From NCBI GenBank assembly GCA_050084515.1, contig CM114271.1:37882001-37946000 (forward strand): a DNA stretch of 64,000 nucleotides. Direction: 5' to 3'. The position numbers and the translations under genes are program-made. Below the pieces are notes generated by a model. The model did no database searches. It was not told the DNA's origin and worked only from the letters and a program-made list of their open reading frames with translations. Each line of letters opens with the position of its first letter. The stretch's first letter is position 1. Positions 9,809 to 22,752 of this stretch are shown in pieces. The DNA comes from Blasia pusilla. Its lineage: Eukaryota.

Positions 9809-12800
9809 TGTTGGAATGTGTAAACGGCAACAAGCCGCGCTGCACATTAAACAAAAACGCTTCGTAAACGAGTTAGCTCCAATCAAACAGCATGCAAAAC
9901 AGTTTATAAACATGACTTAGGTCATGTATAAAACTCATGGATGTGACAATGAATTCAGCTCAGCAGAATTGCCGGTAGAGAGAATAGGACATCCGAGTGA
10001 GATTGGTACTCATATATAGAGAGAATAGGACAGGCATAACTCTGTACCCTTATGACAGGTACTCATATAAAGTGAAAATGGGATAGAACTCTGGATAGAA
10101 ACATGCAAGTGAAGAGAAGTGTGTACCTTGTTTGTACCTTATTTTTCTTTTTTCACAGGGACAAATATCAAGCTGAAAGAAGAGGAAGAAGACTAGCAAT
10201 CAGAAGTCGATCATATGCAGACAAGGAAGACCAGCAAGATCGAAGCGAGCCTTATCAAGATCAAAGATGACGAGCCTTATCGACAACATATTGAGTGAGA
10301 GCCACAAGCTCGATGATAGCAATTACGGCACTTGGCGATACAGGATGAAGGCCATTCTGATGGCATCTGATCTTTACAATATAGTTGATGGCAGAGAAGA
10401 GAAGACCTCGAATATGGATGCTCGAGCCATGAAAGACTTCGAGAAGAAGAGATCGAAAGGCCCTTGGAATTCTGATGATGTCAACGAGAGATTCTCAAAT
10501 CCCTCATTTGAAACATGCAGAGACCTCCAAGGAAGCTTGGACTACACTTGAAGTGGTTCATGCTAGCACAAGCATGACCAGAAAACTGGCATTGCAGAGT
10601 CGAATTTACTCAATGAAGATGAGATCGACCTCGACTATATATTCACACCTCAGCGTTATGAAAGAGCTAAGAGATGATTTGGCAGAAGTTAAGGTCTTAA
10701 TTGATGATGAAACCATGGGACCACTATGATGAATAGTGTGACCCAAGACTCCTACGGGGACTTCATAAACTCTCTAGCCGTGAGAGAAAAGACGCCTACT
10801 TTTTCTGAACTATGCACACTCCTACTTGACGAAGAAAGGAGACGCAACGACCTTGCTGCCCAAGAAGGACAAAAATCGGGACTTAGCACTCTATTCAGCC
10901 AGAAGAAGGGAACATTCTCTCGTCAATATGAAGAAAGGCGATCACAAGAGTGCAACACATCCGGACCGAAGGCCCAAACCTTCCGCACCACCGAGAAAAA
11001 GTTCAATGGTAAGACCTATAGCACTACCAGCAAGAAGGAGTGCACAATATGCGGTAAGATTGGCCATGACTCCAATCAATGTCAGTACAGGAATGATCCC
11101 CACAATCGATCAATGAGACCACAAGAAAAGCAACGAAGCTTCCTCGTCGAGAATGGGAGAACCAATGGAGCACTCACACCATAAAGTGAAGATGATGCAC
11201 CAGGACTTATCTCGGCATTGGTTATCACAAACCAAGTGGACAAGTGGTTCATTGATAGCGGCGCCAGCAACCACATGATAAAAAATAAAGGTTGGTTCAC
11301 ATCTTACAAACCTTTGATGAATGGACCTGAAGTATCAATGGGAGATGGCTCCATTCACTTTGCGATTGGGGAAGGAGATGTGCAAGTGACATTGCCCTAG
11401 GGTGAAGATTATACAATCAAGGATGTGTGGCATATTCCAGCTTTAACACACAACCTTATCTCCATCGGCCAGATCACCAAAAGAGAGAATATGAAGGTTG
11501 TTTTTGATTCCAAAGGATGGGAGTTCTTACGAGAGGCCGACAATTCTGTCGCTGCCCAAGGGGTAAGGTATGGACGACTATATAAATTTCTTAGCAAGCC
11601 GAGCCCTCAACTATTTGCAAGATCTTCAAACCAACTACAAGTTTGGCATGAAAGACTTGGGCACTTTAACACGAAGGGCCTCAAGTTGTTAAGCAAAGAC
11701 AATATGGTTGGAGGGTTACCTAAATTAAGTGGAGAAATATCCACTTGTGACACTTGCTTACGAGGCAAGCAATCGAGGCAAAATTTTGACAAACATATCC
11801 TCTCAAGGGCTCCAACTCCCCTCCATCTAGTCCACATCGACCTTGGAGGACCAATTCAAACGGCTTCACTATCAGGGGCAAGGTACTACATGCTATTAGT
11901 TGATGACCATTCAAGATTTATGTGGGTTTATTTCCTACAACACAAATCCAATGCATTAGGTATACTCAAGAAATTTCTTACATTGATGAGAACTCAATCT
12001 ACTACAGCAGTGGGATCCTTGCATCTACACCTTGGCGAGCCGCCCTCAAAGGTGAAGGTGATACGAACGGATAGGGGAGGTGAATTCATGGGGAAAGCAT
12101 TTGAGACCTTTTGTTGCGATTATGGCATCCGTTATCAACTTACTACGGCCTACACTCCACAACAAAATGGTATTGTTGAGAGGAGGAATCGAACGGTAGT
12201 TGAGATGGCAAGGTGCATGTTGAAGGGGCGAAATCTCCCCAACTATCTCTAGGCAGAGGCCATAAACACGGCCATCTACATCCTCAACAAGTGCCCAACA
12301 AGGGCTTTGGAGGAGAAAACGCCTGAAGAAGTCTTCACTAGCATCAAACCAAATGTCTCACACCTTCGAATCTTTGGGTGTGGAGCTTATGCACATATAC
12401 CAAAAGAATTGAGCAGAAAATTGATGATAAAAGTGTGAGATGCATATTTATTGGCTATGGCACTAGAGAGAAAGCTTACAAGCTCTTCTCCTTGGAGCAC
12501 CACAAGGTGTTTATGAGCCGTGACGTCATATTTGATAAAGACACTCCCCACTCTGAAGAGCATCAATCAAACGACCGAGAGTGGCCTCAAACCTCCACGA
12601 ACAAGGAGTCAGAAAATGAATCTGACAAGGATACACCATCCTCAGCGCCCACAACTCATGTTGATCCACCACCAACACTTGGTGAAAGAGGTCAAGGATT
12701 GGACGATATGAAGTCCACACTTGCGCTACCACCTCCACGAAGGTCAAGTCGACTACACCAACTTCCTTCCAACTTACGAGAGGATTACATTTTACACATG

Positions 12801-14442
12801 GCTTTCTTTCTAAGTCATACACCATTTCAGCAAGCTCCCATTGAGCCTCAATCATTCCAAGAGGCATGCACTAATCCACATTGGCAACATGTAATGACCG
12901 AGGAGTACAATGCCATAGTTGCCAACCGAACATGGGACCTGGTCCGTCTCCCATTAGGGTGGACTGCTATCCCTACAAAGTGGGTTTATAAGTGTAAGTA
13001 CAACGCTGATGGATCGTTGTCCAGGTACAAGGCAAGGCTAGTAGCAAAAGGCTATCGACAACGCCACCCCTATTGCAGATGGATGTTCAAAATGCCTTCT
13101 TAAATGACACTTTGGAAGAAGAGGTATATCTACAGCAACCTCAAGGCTTTACTGCTCCTGGAAATGAAGACCTTGTTTGCAAGATGCGGAAAGCTCTTTA
13201 TGGCCTTATGCAAGCAAATCGAATCTTGAATCAAACCTATGACTCGACTATGTTAAACAAACTTGGATTTGCAAAGAGTAAACACGACCCGAACCTTTAT
13301 CTCAAGATCTCTACTTACGGGATTGTCATTGTGATCTTATATGTGGATGACTTGATCATTACTGGAGATGATGTACAAGAGATACGTGATCTTAAAGAAG
13401 GACTCTCCTCTTCATTCAAAATGAAAGATCTTGGGAGTTTACACTTCTGCCTAGGACTTGAAGTAAAGCGAGGGCCGAAAATGACCTTCTTGACTCAAGA
13501 AAGGCATATAGCTATCTTGCTTCAAACTTTTGGCCTAGAGGACTGCAAATCAACGCCCACTCCGACGAGTACAGAGAGACTTACTTACAATGATCAAGAG
13601 GAGAAGGTGGACTTAAAAGAGTACCAAAAATTGGTGGGGTCACTTATCTATATCACCAACTCCCGACCAGATATTGCATATGCAGTAAGCTAGAGCCAAC
13701 ATATGGCTGATCCCCGAAAGTCTCACCTTATTGCAGCAAAGAGGGTGGCAAGGTATCTTAAGGGTACAAACACATTTGGGCTTGCCTACGATAGAGGAAT
13801 CCAATAGAGGAATCCAACAAGCTCCGATAATCTTGGGATTCTCAGATGTTGATTATGCAGGTTGCCCAATAACTCGCAAATCAACTCAATAACTCGCAAA
13901 TCAACTTCAGGATATTTCTTCTCCTTTGGAAGTGCGGCTGTGAGCTTCTCATCAAAGAAGCAAGCTCCAATTTCTCTACCGTGGATTGAGAAATGCCACA
14001 ACGGATATGGCTTAGAGGACTATTGGCTGAACTTCGATTTACCCAATCTGATCCTAATGTAATCTTGGGAGATAACATTAGTTCTATTTATTTGTTCAGA
14101 AATCCACTCTTCCATTCATGAACGAAACATATCGAATTGCAGCATCACTTTGTTCGAGAAAAGGTATTGAGTGGGGACATCAATGTTGTGTGGGGACATC
14201 TTCACCAAAAGCCTTCCTACCGCTAAGTTTGAAAGATTTAGATCACTTCTTGGTGTTTTAGATTCGGTGTAAAAACATATGTGTTCAAAGAGGATGTTCC
14301 GTTTAGGGAGGATGTTGGAATGTGTAAACAAAGAGGATTTGAGTCTAACATGAGCTGTTAGACTCAAATCAAAACTCTTCACATGGATGTGACCAATGAA
14401 TTCCGCTCATCAGAATTGCTGAAATAAACTTCAGAAATAACA
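9809..14442 (+). mobile_element. Ty1/copia LTR retrotransposon, near full length, degenerate
   Basis: The LTR start TGTTGGAATGTGTAAAC occurs at 9809 and 14313. A polypurine tract (TTAGGGAGGA) directly precedes 14313. A shared LTR block lies at ~9936-9972 and ~14382-14419. Domain order is gag-PR-INT-RT-RH. The right end is approximate, and no PBS or TSD was recognised. Confidence 0.9.
10267..14270 (+). pseudogene. Copia gag-pol polyprotein with stops, frameshifts and an RT deletion
   Basis: Motifs seen: KLDDSNYGTWRYRMKAIL (gag), CTICGKIGHDSNQC (zinc knuckle), WFIDSGASNHM (protease), WHERLGH and IRTDRGGEF...PQQNGIVERRNR (integrase), KWVYK...YKARLVAKGY and LYVDDL (RT), TRKSTSGYFF (RNase H). Confidence 0.93.
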
Positions 14443-15274
14443 TAATTACGTAGCCGGTTGAATGTACATAAAAAGTTCTCACTTATGGAAACCGAGAAAG
14501 AGTTCGTGAGTGCGGGCAAACACTTTTGTGGAAGGTTGAGACTATCGCCACTAGATGCTTGCGCTTCCCGAAGAAGGAATTAATAGGCGCTCGAAGGGCG
14601 CGTCGTTGAGGAGCTGCTTAATATTAGATAGAAGGCAAGCAGGACCAGCAATTAATCATTGAACAGTCTGCCGTTGCAAGCAAAATAGTGAAAGTAAAGA
14701 CGGCGAAGGAGTAAATTGCAAATGATATGGATGTAGAGGGTAGTTAGCGTACGCGAAGATGTTTTTGTAAGAGGAAAGTTTTTGAAATATCTTACGAAGT
14801 TCTATCACTTTTTAGAGTCAAAACTGTACATGAAATTATAAGGAAATGTGGATTGCTAAGTGGAACCATCCGAGTTTAGGAATAGAAGCCCGCTAGATTA
14901 GGGTTGAGTGTGTTTTTTTTATCTCAAAGACGGTGTGTGACTGAAGTAAAATTGATAGCTCGAAAGACTGATCTAATATGCGAAGGTACACCGCGCGTGA
15001 CATTCCTTACTAAGGTATTCAATTGGAACATTAGACCGAGCTTTCAGTCACCTATGCAGCCCACGCACAGCGCGCATGGTCTTGTAGACGTCACGAGAAT
15101 TTGAACAGCTTCGATAACTGCCAGCTAAGTATGGTCTCTGAGAAGCACACGGGTGCTTGATCACGACATGTACAACCGAAATCGTTGAGTAAATTGGAAA
15201 AATCTCACTTGGTTAGTCCCAAAGGACAGTGTATTAAATGTAGCATATCCTACTTGATTTGAGAGTGCAATCCT

Positions 15275-17090
15275 TGATGTTAGGGAAGGTTTGAAAGCTT
15301 ACAAATGCCTTATCCCTTTCCAATATAGACGTCTATTTTGGGAAGGGGGTTGTCACCCATCTAGTCATTTTGCCAAGAGCTAGTTGTTAGACTCAACCAA
15401 ACCATACGTTACATAGTGTAATGATGCACACTTATGCAATTATGACATTGAAAGAGTCATATGATGTGTTGGTAAAGTACTATGTTATATCCCTTTGGGT
15501 TTATCCTGATTTCTGGGAGAGTAGGTTTCTTATCGACCAAGATGGAAATCAGGTGATGGATGGTTGAGCCATTTATATGTATGCACTAAAATTTCCACAT
15601 CTTTGTAAGCCAACAAGTAGAGTTCTATTGGATAATATAGATGGTCATTGGGTTGTTTTGGTGAAACTTTGTCTTGAGGTGTTAAATAACGTTGAAGATA
15701 GGTCTCTTGCATCATGAGCATCATTTATGAAAATTCCCTTGCTTGCTCTTTGTCGGCAAGTAATATGTTGACAAGTAAAGATCACTTTCGATAATATGTG
15801 CCAAGTTATCGTGGGAGGGGCTACTTTTGGGAGGCTATAAGAGAGGGAGAGATTCCAACTCTCTTATACCCTTTCTCAAGCCATATTTCTCAGTTTGGGC
15901 TTTTGGAGCACATCTCTTGCTTGTGTGTATGTAGGAACTAGGATGCTAGCCTTTGGATTCCCTCATAGAGGCAAGTAGATGTGGCTTGATATGGCAATGT
16001 AGATTTGAAAGTGGAGTTTGCCGTGTGAGTCATTTTTACTGTGATTTTGTTGTGTGATCTTGATGTTTATGCATGAGTTTACTTTTATATGGGTGTGGAT
16101 CTATCTATGTGTCGGGAAGATCGATGTTGTATGGTGTGGATGTGACCAACAATGTGGATTATATAGCAATGTGTATGCGCATGATAATAGTCACGTGTAT
16201 TAACATGTGTTGTTAAACGACATTTCATTGTTAAAGGAGGATAAAGATAAGGTTAGTTAGATTCATTTGGTGGTGGCAATTTAGAGGCTTGGTTTACAAG
16301 ACCCAAATGCCATGTTTTGGGTGATTGTAAAAGTTCTTCGATAGTTGGAGACTAACAAGAGATGTTCTCCAACCTATATTTTGGAGAACGTCCCATTGTT
16401 AGGTGACACTCAAGCTTGATTGATAGTTGTGTGCATTAGGTGCGGTAGTGGATAGGACTGACTTGCAACTTGGAAGCCGGTGATTGGTCCTAGGTTGACA
16501 AAAGTAGAGAGGAGATGAGTATTGCAATTCTTGTGGCCATGGAGTTTCATGGACTATTTTGCATATAGTATGGGAAATTTGGGTATGCTCAAGGGTCTAG
16601 GTATTCGGATCGAGTTGGATATTGAGACGCCTATTTTCCAGCGACCTACAAATATCTTTGCATGGAGCAACCCTTGATATAGAGCAAGAGTCAAGACTTG
16701 GTTGATGTTGGACATTGATCTACCAAAATTATTCTGGCAAAGAAGGATAGGCATGGCTAGTGGATTGATATGTGGATGACGGGGATTACTATCATATCAA
16801 TCGGGATACAAAGGCTGATCACTTGGCATGCTATGCCTACTCTTGAGGAGATCTTTGATGCAATGACGCATACAAAGATCTTCAATTCTTTGGATCTTTG
16901 CGCAAGCTATGATTAATTACCTATCCGAGTTAAGGACATGGAGAAGACAATATTTTGGGAGATAGATCCTTTCAGGAAGGATTGTTTGTACCAATGGTAG
17001 TTCTTACTATTTGGGTTGAAGAATGCCATGTGGGTTTTTGGCAAGTTATGGATAGGATTTTGGTTGGTCTAGATGTTACATTAATGATTT
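15275..17090 (+). mobile_element. Ty3/gypsy retrotransposon remnant (LTR-like region plus RT fragment)
   Basis: About 16827-17027 translates as HAMPTLEEIFDAM...IFNSLDL..SY..LPIR..DMEKTIFW...FGLKNA, a gypsy RT pattern. An LTR-like TATA (CTATAAGAG) lies near 15835. Boundaries are approximate. Confidence 0.7.
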
Positions 17091-17249
17091 CATTATCTTC
17101 AATGTCACCGATGATCGAGAAAGAAGAGTCCATCCAACTAGAGATGCATGACAACCTGGTCATTTAGAAAAATGACACGTGTATGAAGGTAGGTTGCCAA
17201 GAAAATCTACAAGAGGAGGAGGAGGAGGAGGGGTAGGGGGGGATGGATA

Positions 17250-17867
17250 CAAGGCACTCTTGGCCTATTTTCTCTCATTTTCTTTTCTTCGTGCTTTGCC
17301 ATAAATTCCAACCTCTCCTCGTGCGCCTACTTCCTTGAACGTTAATCTTGTTTGTTATGGAAGCGCGCTCAGGAGGTCACGCTCTCAACGCTGATCTGCA
17401 TCCAAACACTCACTTCGGTTAGTCGGGTCTTGGATCAATCAGCGGGATGACTTTTGAGTTCTCGCCTCGAACTCTCTCTTCAAGCTCAACCTTCCTAGTT
17501 TCGCGGTTTCAACACGTGCAAGTCTCGAAAGACTTGGGACAGACTTTCTGGTCGGTTCAAGGCACTCTTGGCCTATTTTTCTCATTTTCTTTTCTTCGTG
17601 CTTTGCCATAAATTCCAACCTCTCTCAAGGCGCCTACTCTCCTTGAACGTTAATCTTGTTTGTTGCGAAGCGTGAGTTCAAAGAGGGTCACGCTCTCAAC
17701 GCTGATCTGCATCCAAACACACACTTCGGTTAGTCGGGTCTTGGATCAATCAGCGGATGACTTTTCGAGTTCTCGTCTCAAACTCTCTTCAAGCTCAACC
17801 TTCCTAGTTTCGCGGTTTCCAACACGGGCAAGTTCAAAGACTTGGGACAGACTTTCTGGTCGGTTCA
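17250..17867 (+). repeat. Tandem duplication with a ~308-bp unit (17250-17557, 17558-17867)
   Basis: Both units begin CAAGGCACTCTTGGCCTATTTT and end with GACTTTCTGGTCGGTT. Confidence 0.95.
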
Positions 17868-19389
17868 GAACTGTTTCGCGCTAGCGGTTCCAACGTCCGA
17901 TGAACATCCAATGAGTTCCTCTCCAAGACTCGCACGAAGTGAATTTGGTTGGAATCCTAGTGTGGCGTACAAAGTCCACTCCTTGGATCAGGTTTGGGTT
18001 TGGGTTTCGCGCCAAACTCCTGTTCCATCCCGTGCCTCTAAAACGCCCGTTTGGCGCCCAAAGTGGGGTTTCGTTTCCCGAGACATCTCAGATAAGGTAC
18101 TCCCCTTACTAGTACTTCTGGGGATCTCCGGGGCCCCCTACATTTAGGAAAGACACCAGGCCCCTCCATTGGCCCTCAACCCGATTGCTCTCTGAATCGT
18201 TTTCGGCCAATATCTCAGCCTGTACTTATGCGTTTGCTGAGATCTTTGGTGCGTTGGAAGCGTCTGGAGATCAGCTTTCCAACGCGCCCTTACTTGTCCC
18301 AAACGCATCTTGGAGCTCAACGTTATGGTCCTAAACACAGTCAGATTCTCCCAAACGCTAGCACCTATATTCCATCTAGGCGCGTCACTAAGTTCAGTCA
18401 TGAAACATGAATGAGATCACCACAAACCCCAAGACAGACTCATCTGCCCGCCCGACGTTAGGCGAGCCCAAATGCTAGTACTTCAACACTTGGTCCCTGA
18501 TCTAGATGCCTTATCTCGAATACAAGCTCTCACCTCAAATACTCATTGTTTGGTCTCCTTGACTTACATCCTAAGCATATGAAAAACTACTCATTGCCTT
18601 GCACAAACCAAACTCAAAATTACAATACAAGCATCGAATCTCCAAATCCATGTCTTCTTTATTGCAACAACTAAACCTTTCTAGTTACAACGGGTTATGC
18701 CCAAGCTTTCGGTCACAAGTTATGTCCATTGCTTCACCATGTACTAACACGTGCCTTTCTTGCATCCATCTGAAGTCACGCAATGCTTTTTGCGCATGTT
18801 CTAGAGGCAATCCAAGTCGCCTCTTTCACATGATAGCCTTTCCACTTGACCAAGTACTGTTTAAAATTTTCAATGAATAGTCTCAACCAAAACTCTGGTT
18901 CAATTAAGAGGTTTGTGTTGTGGCAAAACATATTTTCAGTTATCAAATTCCCCTATTTATGGATAAAAAAAACTTCTTGAAAAGAGTAGAGAGAGGGAGA
19001 CATGAAGGATGGAATGAGATTATGAAGATATACCACAAAATGAACAAGTTTATGTAGGGGAGGATGGAATCCGAACAGACGACCTATTTGATATATTCGT
19101 AGATATGGTCGAACATGCATGTACGTCCCATGGACAAACTTGCGCGTTTTGGTGCAACCTTGAGTTGAGTGGCATATTGGATAAACTCAAAGCAAGGTTG
19201 GTTGCACAAGGTCTATTGTAAGGGTAGCAACCATTCAAAATGTTCTTGCAGTGGGAGGAACAAGACGTTGGCATGTATACTGATACAATATGAAGTTTTT
19301 ATCTCTAAATGGGAGTCTCAAGGAGGAGGCGTATTTATCTCAACCACCAGATTTTGAGACACTCAGATTAGAAGAGAAATTATGTGTGC

Positions 19390-20630
19390 TTCATTGAGCA
19401 TTTTATGGGTTGAAGCCAACCCCTAGGGTATGGTATCAACGAATGAACACATTCTTTAGAGAATGGGTCTCATTAAGAGTCCCTCATAAGGAGATATATA
19501 TGTGTTTTGCAACAAAGATGAGATATATAAGCTGATCCTCTTTTATGTCGATGATATCATCATCACAAGAAACCATAATGAAAAAATAGAGGAAGTGAAG
19601 GAAGAGTTGAAATTTGAGTTTGGAATGTAAGTTGTAGGTCTACTACATAACTTTATTGGTCTTGAGATTTGGCAACAGTTAGATTATATTTTTCTTTCTC
19701 ACCAAAAGTATGCTAGGGAGATCTTGAAGGCACTTAGGATGACCGAGTGTAAGGAAGTGCTCTCGCCATCACGGATTGATTTGAAACTCTCAATGGAGGA
19801 TCTTTCACCATTGGTAGATGAAAAGATGTATAGAAGGCTAGTGGCATGGGAAGTTTAATATTTTTGTGTAACGCAAGACTAGACATTAGTTTCATTGTGG
19901 AAGCTATTGAGTGGGTTCTGAACTAAGCCTCGTGAGAATCGTTGGAGACGGGGGTGCTTTGTGTTGAAGTACATCAAATCATGGTTGCAAGGAAATGGAC
20001 ATGTCTGTCCATGGGACACATATGCCCAATGGGTCCCTCGCCCAGGTTTTTTGCTATCCTAGCGGCGTGCGCCAAGCTCTAAAAAGGCGTGCAAATGCAG
20101 GCTAAGGGTGGGCCGATGCGAGCTAAAATGGGCAACAGAATCTTAGATTGGGAACGGAGAGGCCGTGCGTAGGTTTATATCGTGGGCCATAGGTTTATAT
20201 CAGGTGTTGTATCATGGGTCAATGAGAAGCAACATGTAATGGCTCTTTCTTCTACTCAGTGGGAGTAGAAGACAACTTGTTATGCTTCGTGTGAATCAGT
20301 ATGGTTGAGACACATACTGGAAAATATAAAAGCACCAAAAGGTGCTACTATAATAAGGTGTGATAATCAGAGTTGCATCGACATAGAATATAATTTTTTG
20401 TTTCATGCTCATACAAAGCACATACAGATCAAATATCACTTTTTTGGTATGTTGATCGAGAGAGAGGTGTTTAAGTTAGTCTATTGTTGAACAAAGGATA
20501 ATAGTGCAGATTTCAGATATCTTCATCAAAAGCTTTGAGGAGGGATCAATTTCAAAGACATTTGAAGCCTCTTGACATCTGCCCAAGATAGTAGTCCATT
20601 TAAGAATAGATATTGGGGAGGGGGATATTA
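19390..20630 (+). mobile_element. Ty1/copia remnant (RT C-terminal half, RNase H, PPT)
   Basis: Motifs seen: FYVDDIIIT at 19541, FIGLEIW, YRRLV, ALSST, IRCDNQSCI and HAHTKHIQIKYHF. The polypurine tract GGGGAGGGGGA lies at 20615-20625. Unrelated sequence interrupts it at ~19980-20195. Confidence 0.85.
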
Positions 20631-20774
20631 GAGTCACAACATCTACTTCTCTTGAAAGATTGAAAATAAAAAATAAGAAAACCCTCCCTTCTTTCTCTCC
20701 AACCTTTTAACCGAGTACCACATCCTTTAAGTTTTTGTCGCTGGCATTGAAAATTTTAAACACGTCACCAATTA

Positions 20775-20814
20775 CGGGAAAAGGTTAGAAAGGTACCTTT
20801 CTAACCTTTTCCCG
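20775..20814. repeat. Perfect 40-bp palindrome
   Basis: CGGGAAAAGGTTAGAAAGGT followed directly by ACCTTTCTAACCTTTTCCCG, with no loop. Confidence 0.95.
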
Positions 20815-22752
20815 AAAGTGTGACCTGAACAGAAGTGGAAGTAGAAGGCATGCTTCCACTACTACTAGTAAGGACTGTGACATGAACGGATACGCATTTA
20901 CTAATAATTCGGTTTAATTTTTCAGAGAGTAGTGTTAAAACACGGAGTAGCAGCTAAAAACTACATGCTCTCATTTATAAACTCACTAAACTTTATACAG
21001 AGAAGTAGCCCTTCTTAATTCCCTTCACGGCTAAGAAATCGGGACTTGATTGGCTTTTTAGCCCCGTCTTGTGCTCCGGTGCAAAGTCCCCTTAAACATT
21101 TTTTTAAAAATTTCATAAAACTGGGCTCTAACTCAAATATTACACACAATTTCTGTCCGAACTGGTCAAATAGGAAAGTTTTCAATTCAAATGTTTCAGT
21201 CGAAATCGACTGTCCGATATGTTTTACCAGAACAAGGTATCATAAATACAAATCATAAACATAGTTCAGAAATATTTTCCACAAATAGCGACAAGAAGCA
21301 TCTACGAAAAACATGGCAACCAGAAACTAAGAAACATCTACCAAAGATACGTCTGTTTTAAATGCGTTCAAAGTGGTCACGCTCAGAAACAACTACTGGA
21401 TATATCTTTTGAATCCTGCCGCTTGAAATATTGGGCCAAATATTTTCCTATAAGATAATTTTTTAAGAATAACCTCCAATAATTTGAATTTCCTTTTCAC
21501 TACCGAAATTTCATGTCCTATTATGTTGCCAAAATTTTCCTAATTCGTCAAAAGTACTTATCCGCGTAACGAGTACTTATTCACTTGAGAGGGTAGATCT
21601 CTCCTGAGCTCGCTCACATGCATACCGGGGCCGCAAGTAGATGCAGGTCAAGTTTACGTGATGAAAGGTGTATCCAAGAATCGAGCGCGTACATTTCACC
21701 GCGTAGGAAAAATCCAAAATTTTCTAGTTTTCAACTACTTATCGAGTCACTAGCCAGAGTGATTGAGAATCATCCAGATCTGGAGCTTGATTCGATTGGG
21801 ATTCTACATCGATGGAAAACTTGCATGCAGAATTGTAGAGAGTCGATCCCAGTGTATTGAAGTTATGGTAGATGGGTGAAGTCACACATGTCAATGTATT
21901 CTGAGAAGATCGAAGTACCGTGCTTATGTACCCATTGTGGATCGGTACTTCTAGATTGCTCCATTGATCGATATCCAACGAGCTAATTCTAATGAAGAAC
22001 CAAAGATTGCAGAATTAGCGTGGAGGTAAAAAATGAAGTACAGTTGATAAATTCACGCGGTGCGGATGATTTCAAGATTTCAGGTACTTGATGCACACGT
22101 TCAATATGGCAATTTCCAAAACTTGTGTATTTACATACAAGTACATGTAACAGCTGATCTCGGTGTAATAACTTTCGAAATTTTACATCACCTACGCATT
22201 TAGCTACATTGCTAACCAATTGAAACATCCACACGGGGAAAAACGTTTTACTAATCAGAGCGTTTCATGATCTTCGAGATTGCTCGTTAGATCCAGGGCC
22301 TGGGAGTCGGTATGTATTGAAAGTCACCATATCCGTCTACTTAGTAGAGTTGGATCCAGGAAAACAGTTCAAAAGACGATACTATATAAATACTCATCAG
22401 GGCCAATGCTCTTCTCCACGTTATTTGAGATCTACTCATGATAATTGTAAGCTATGGTCACGTTAGGTTCGAATTCCGAATTCGTTCCCAATTCTGACAT
22501 CTATCTTCCAATCCATGAGCCATAGGAACGGAGTCCGTTAATGAGCGTGCCAAAATATGTGGGCGTGAGTCCTTCGAGAGTTTGATTAAGTTTATTTGTC
22601 GAATTTTTTTGAACAGTTTCAATGACCTTAACCGGTCATCGGACCTACATGTCTAGATCTAACACACGTGAGCCAAAAGATAGAATCTACACTTAGAATC
22701 AGTCTTTCAATCCAAGTTCGACAATCACAGCTTATAGTCTATCCTTTCCGTG

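Noticed and set aside
18144-18401. 85-aa minus-strand ORF
   Set aside because: No recognisable domain; it lies in repeat-like noncoding sequence.
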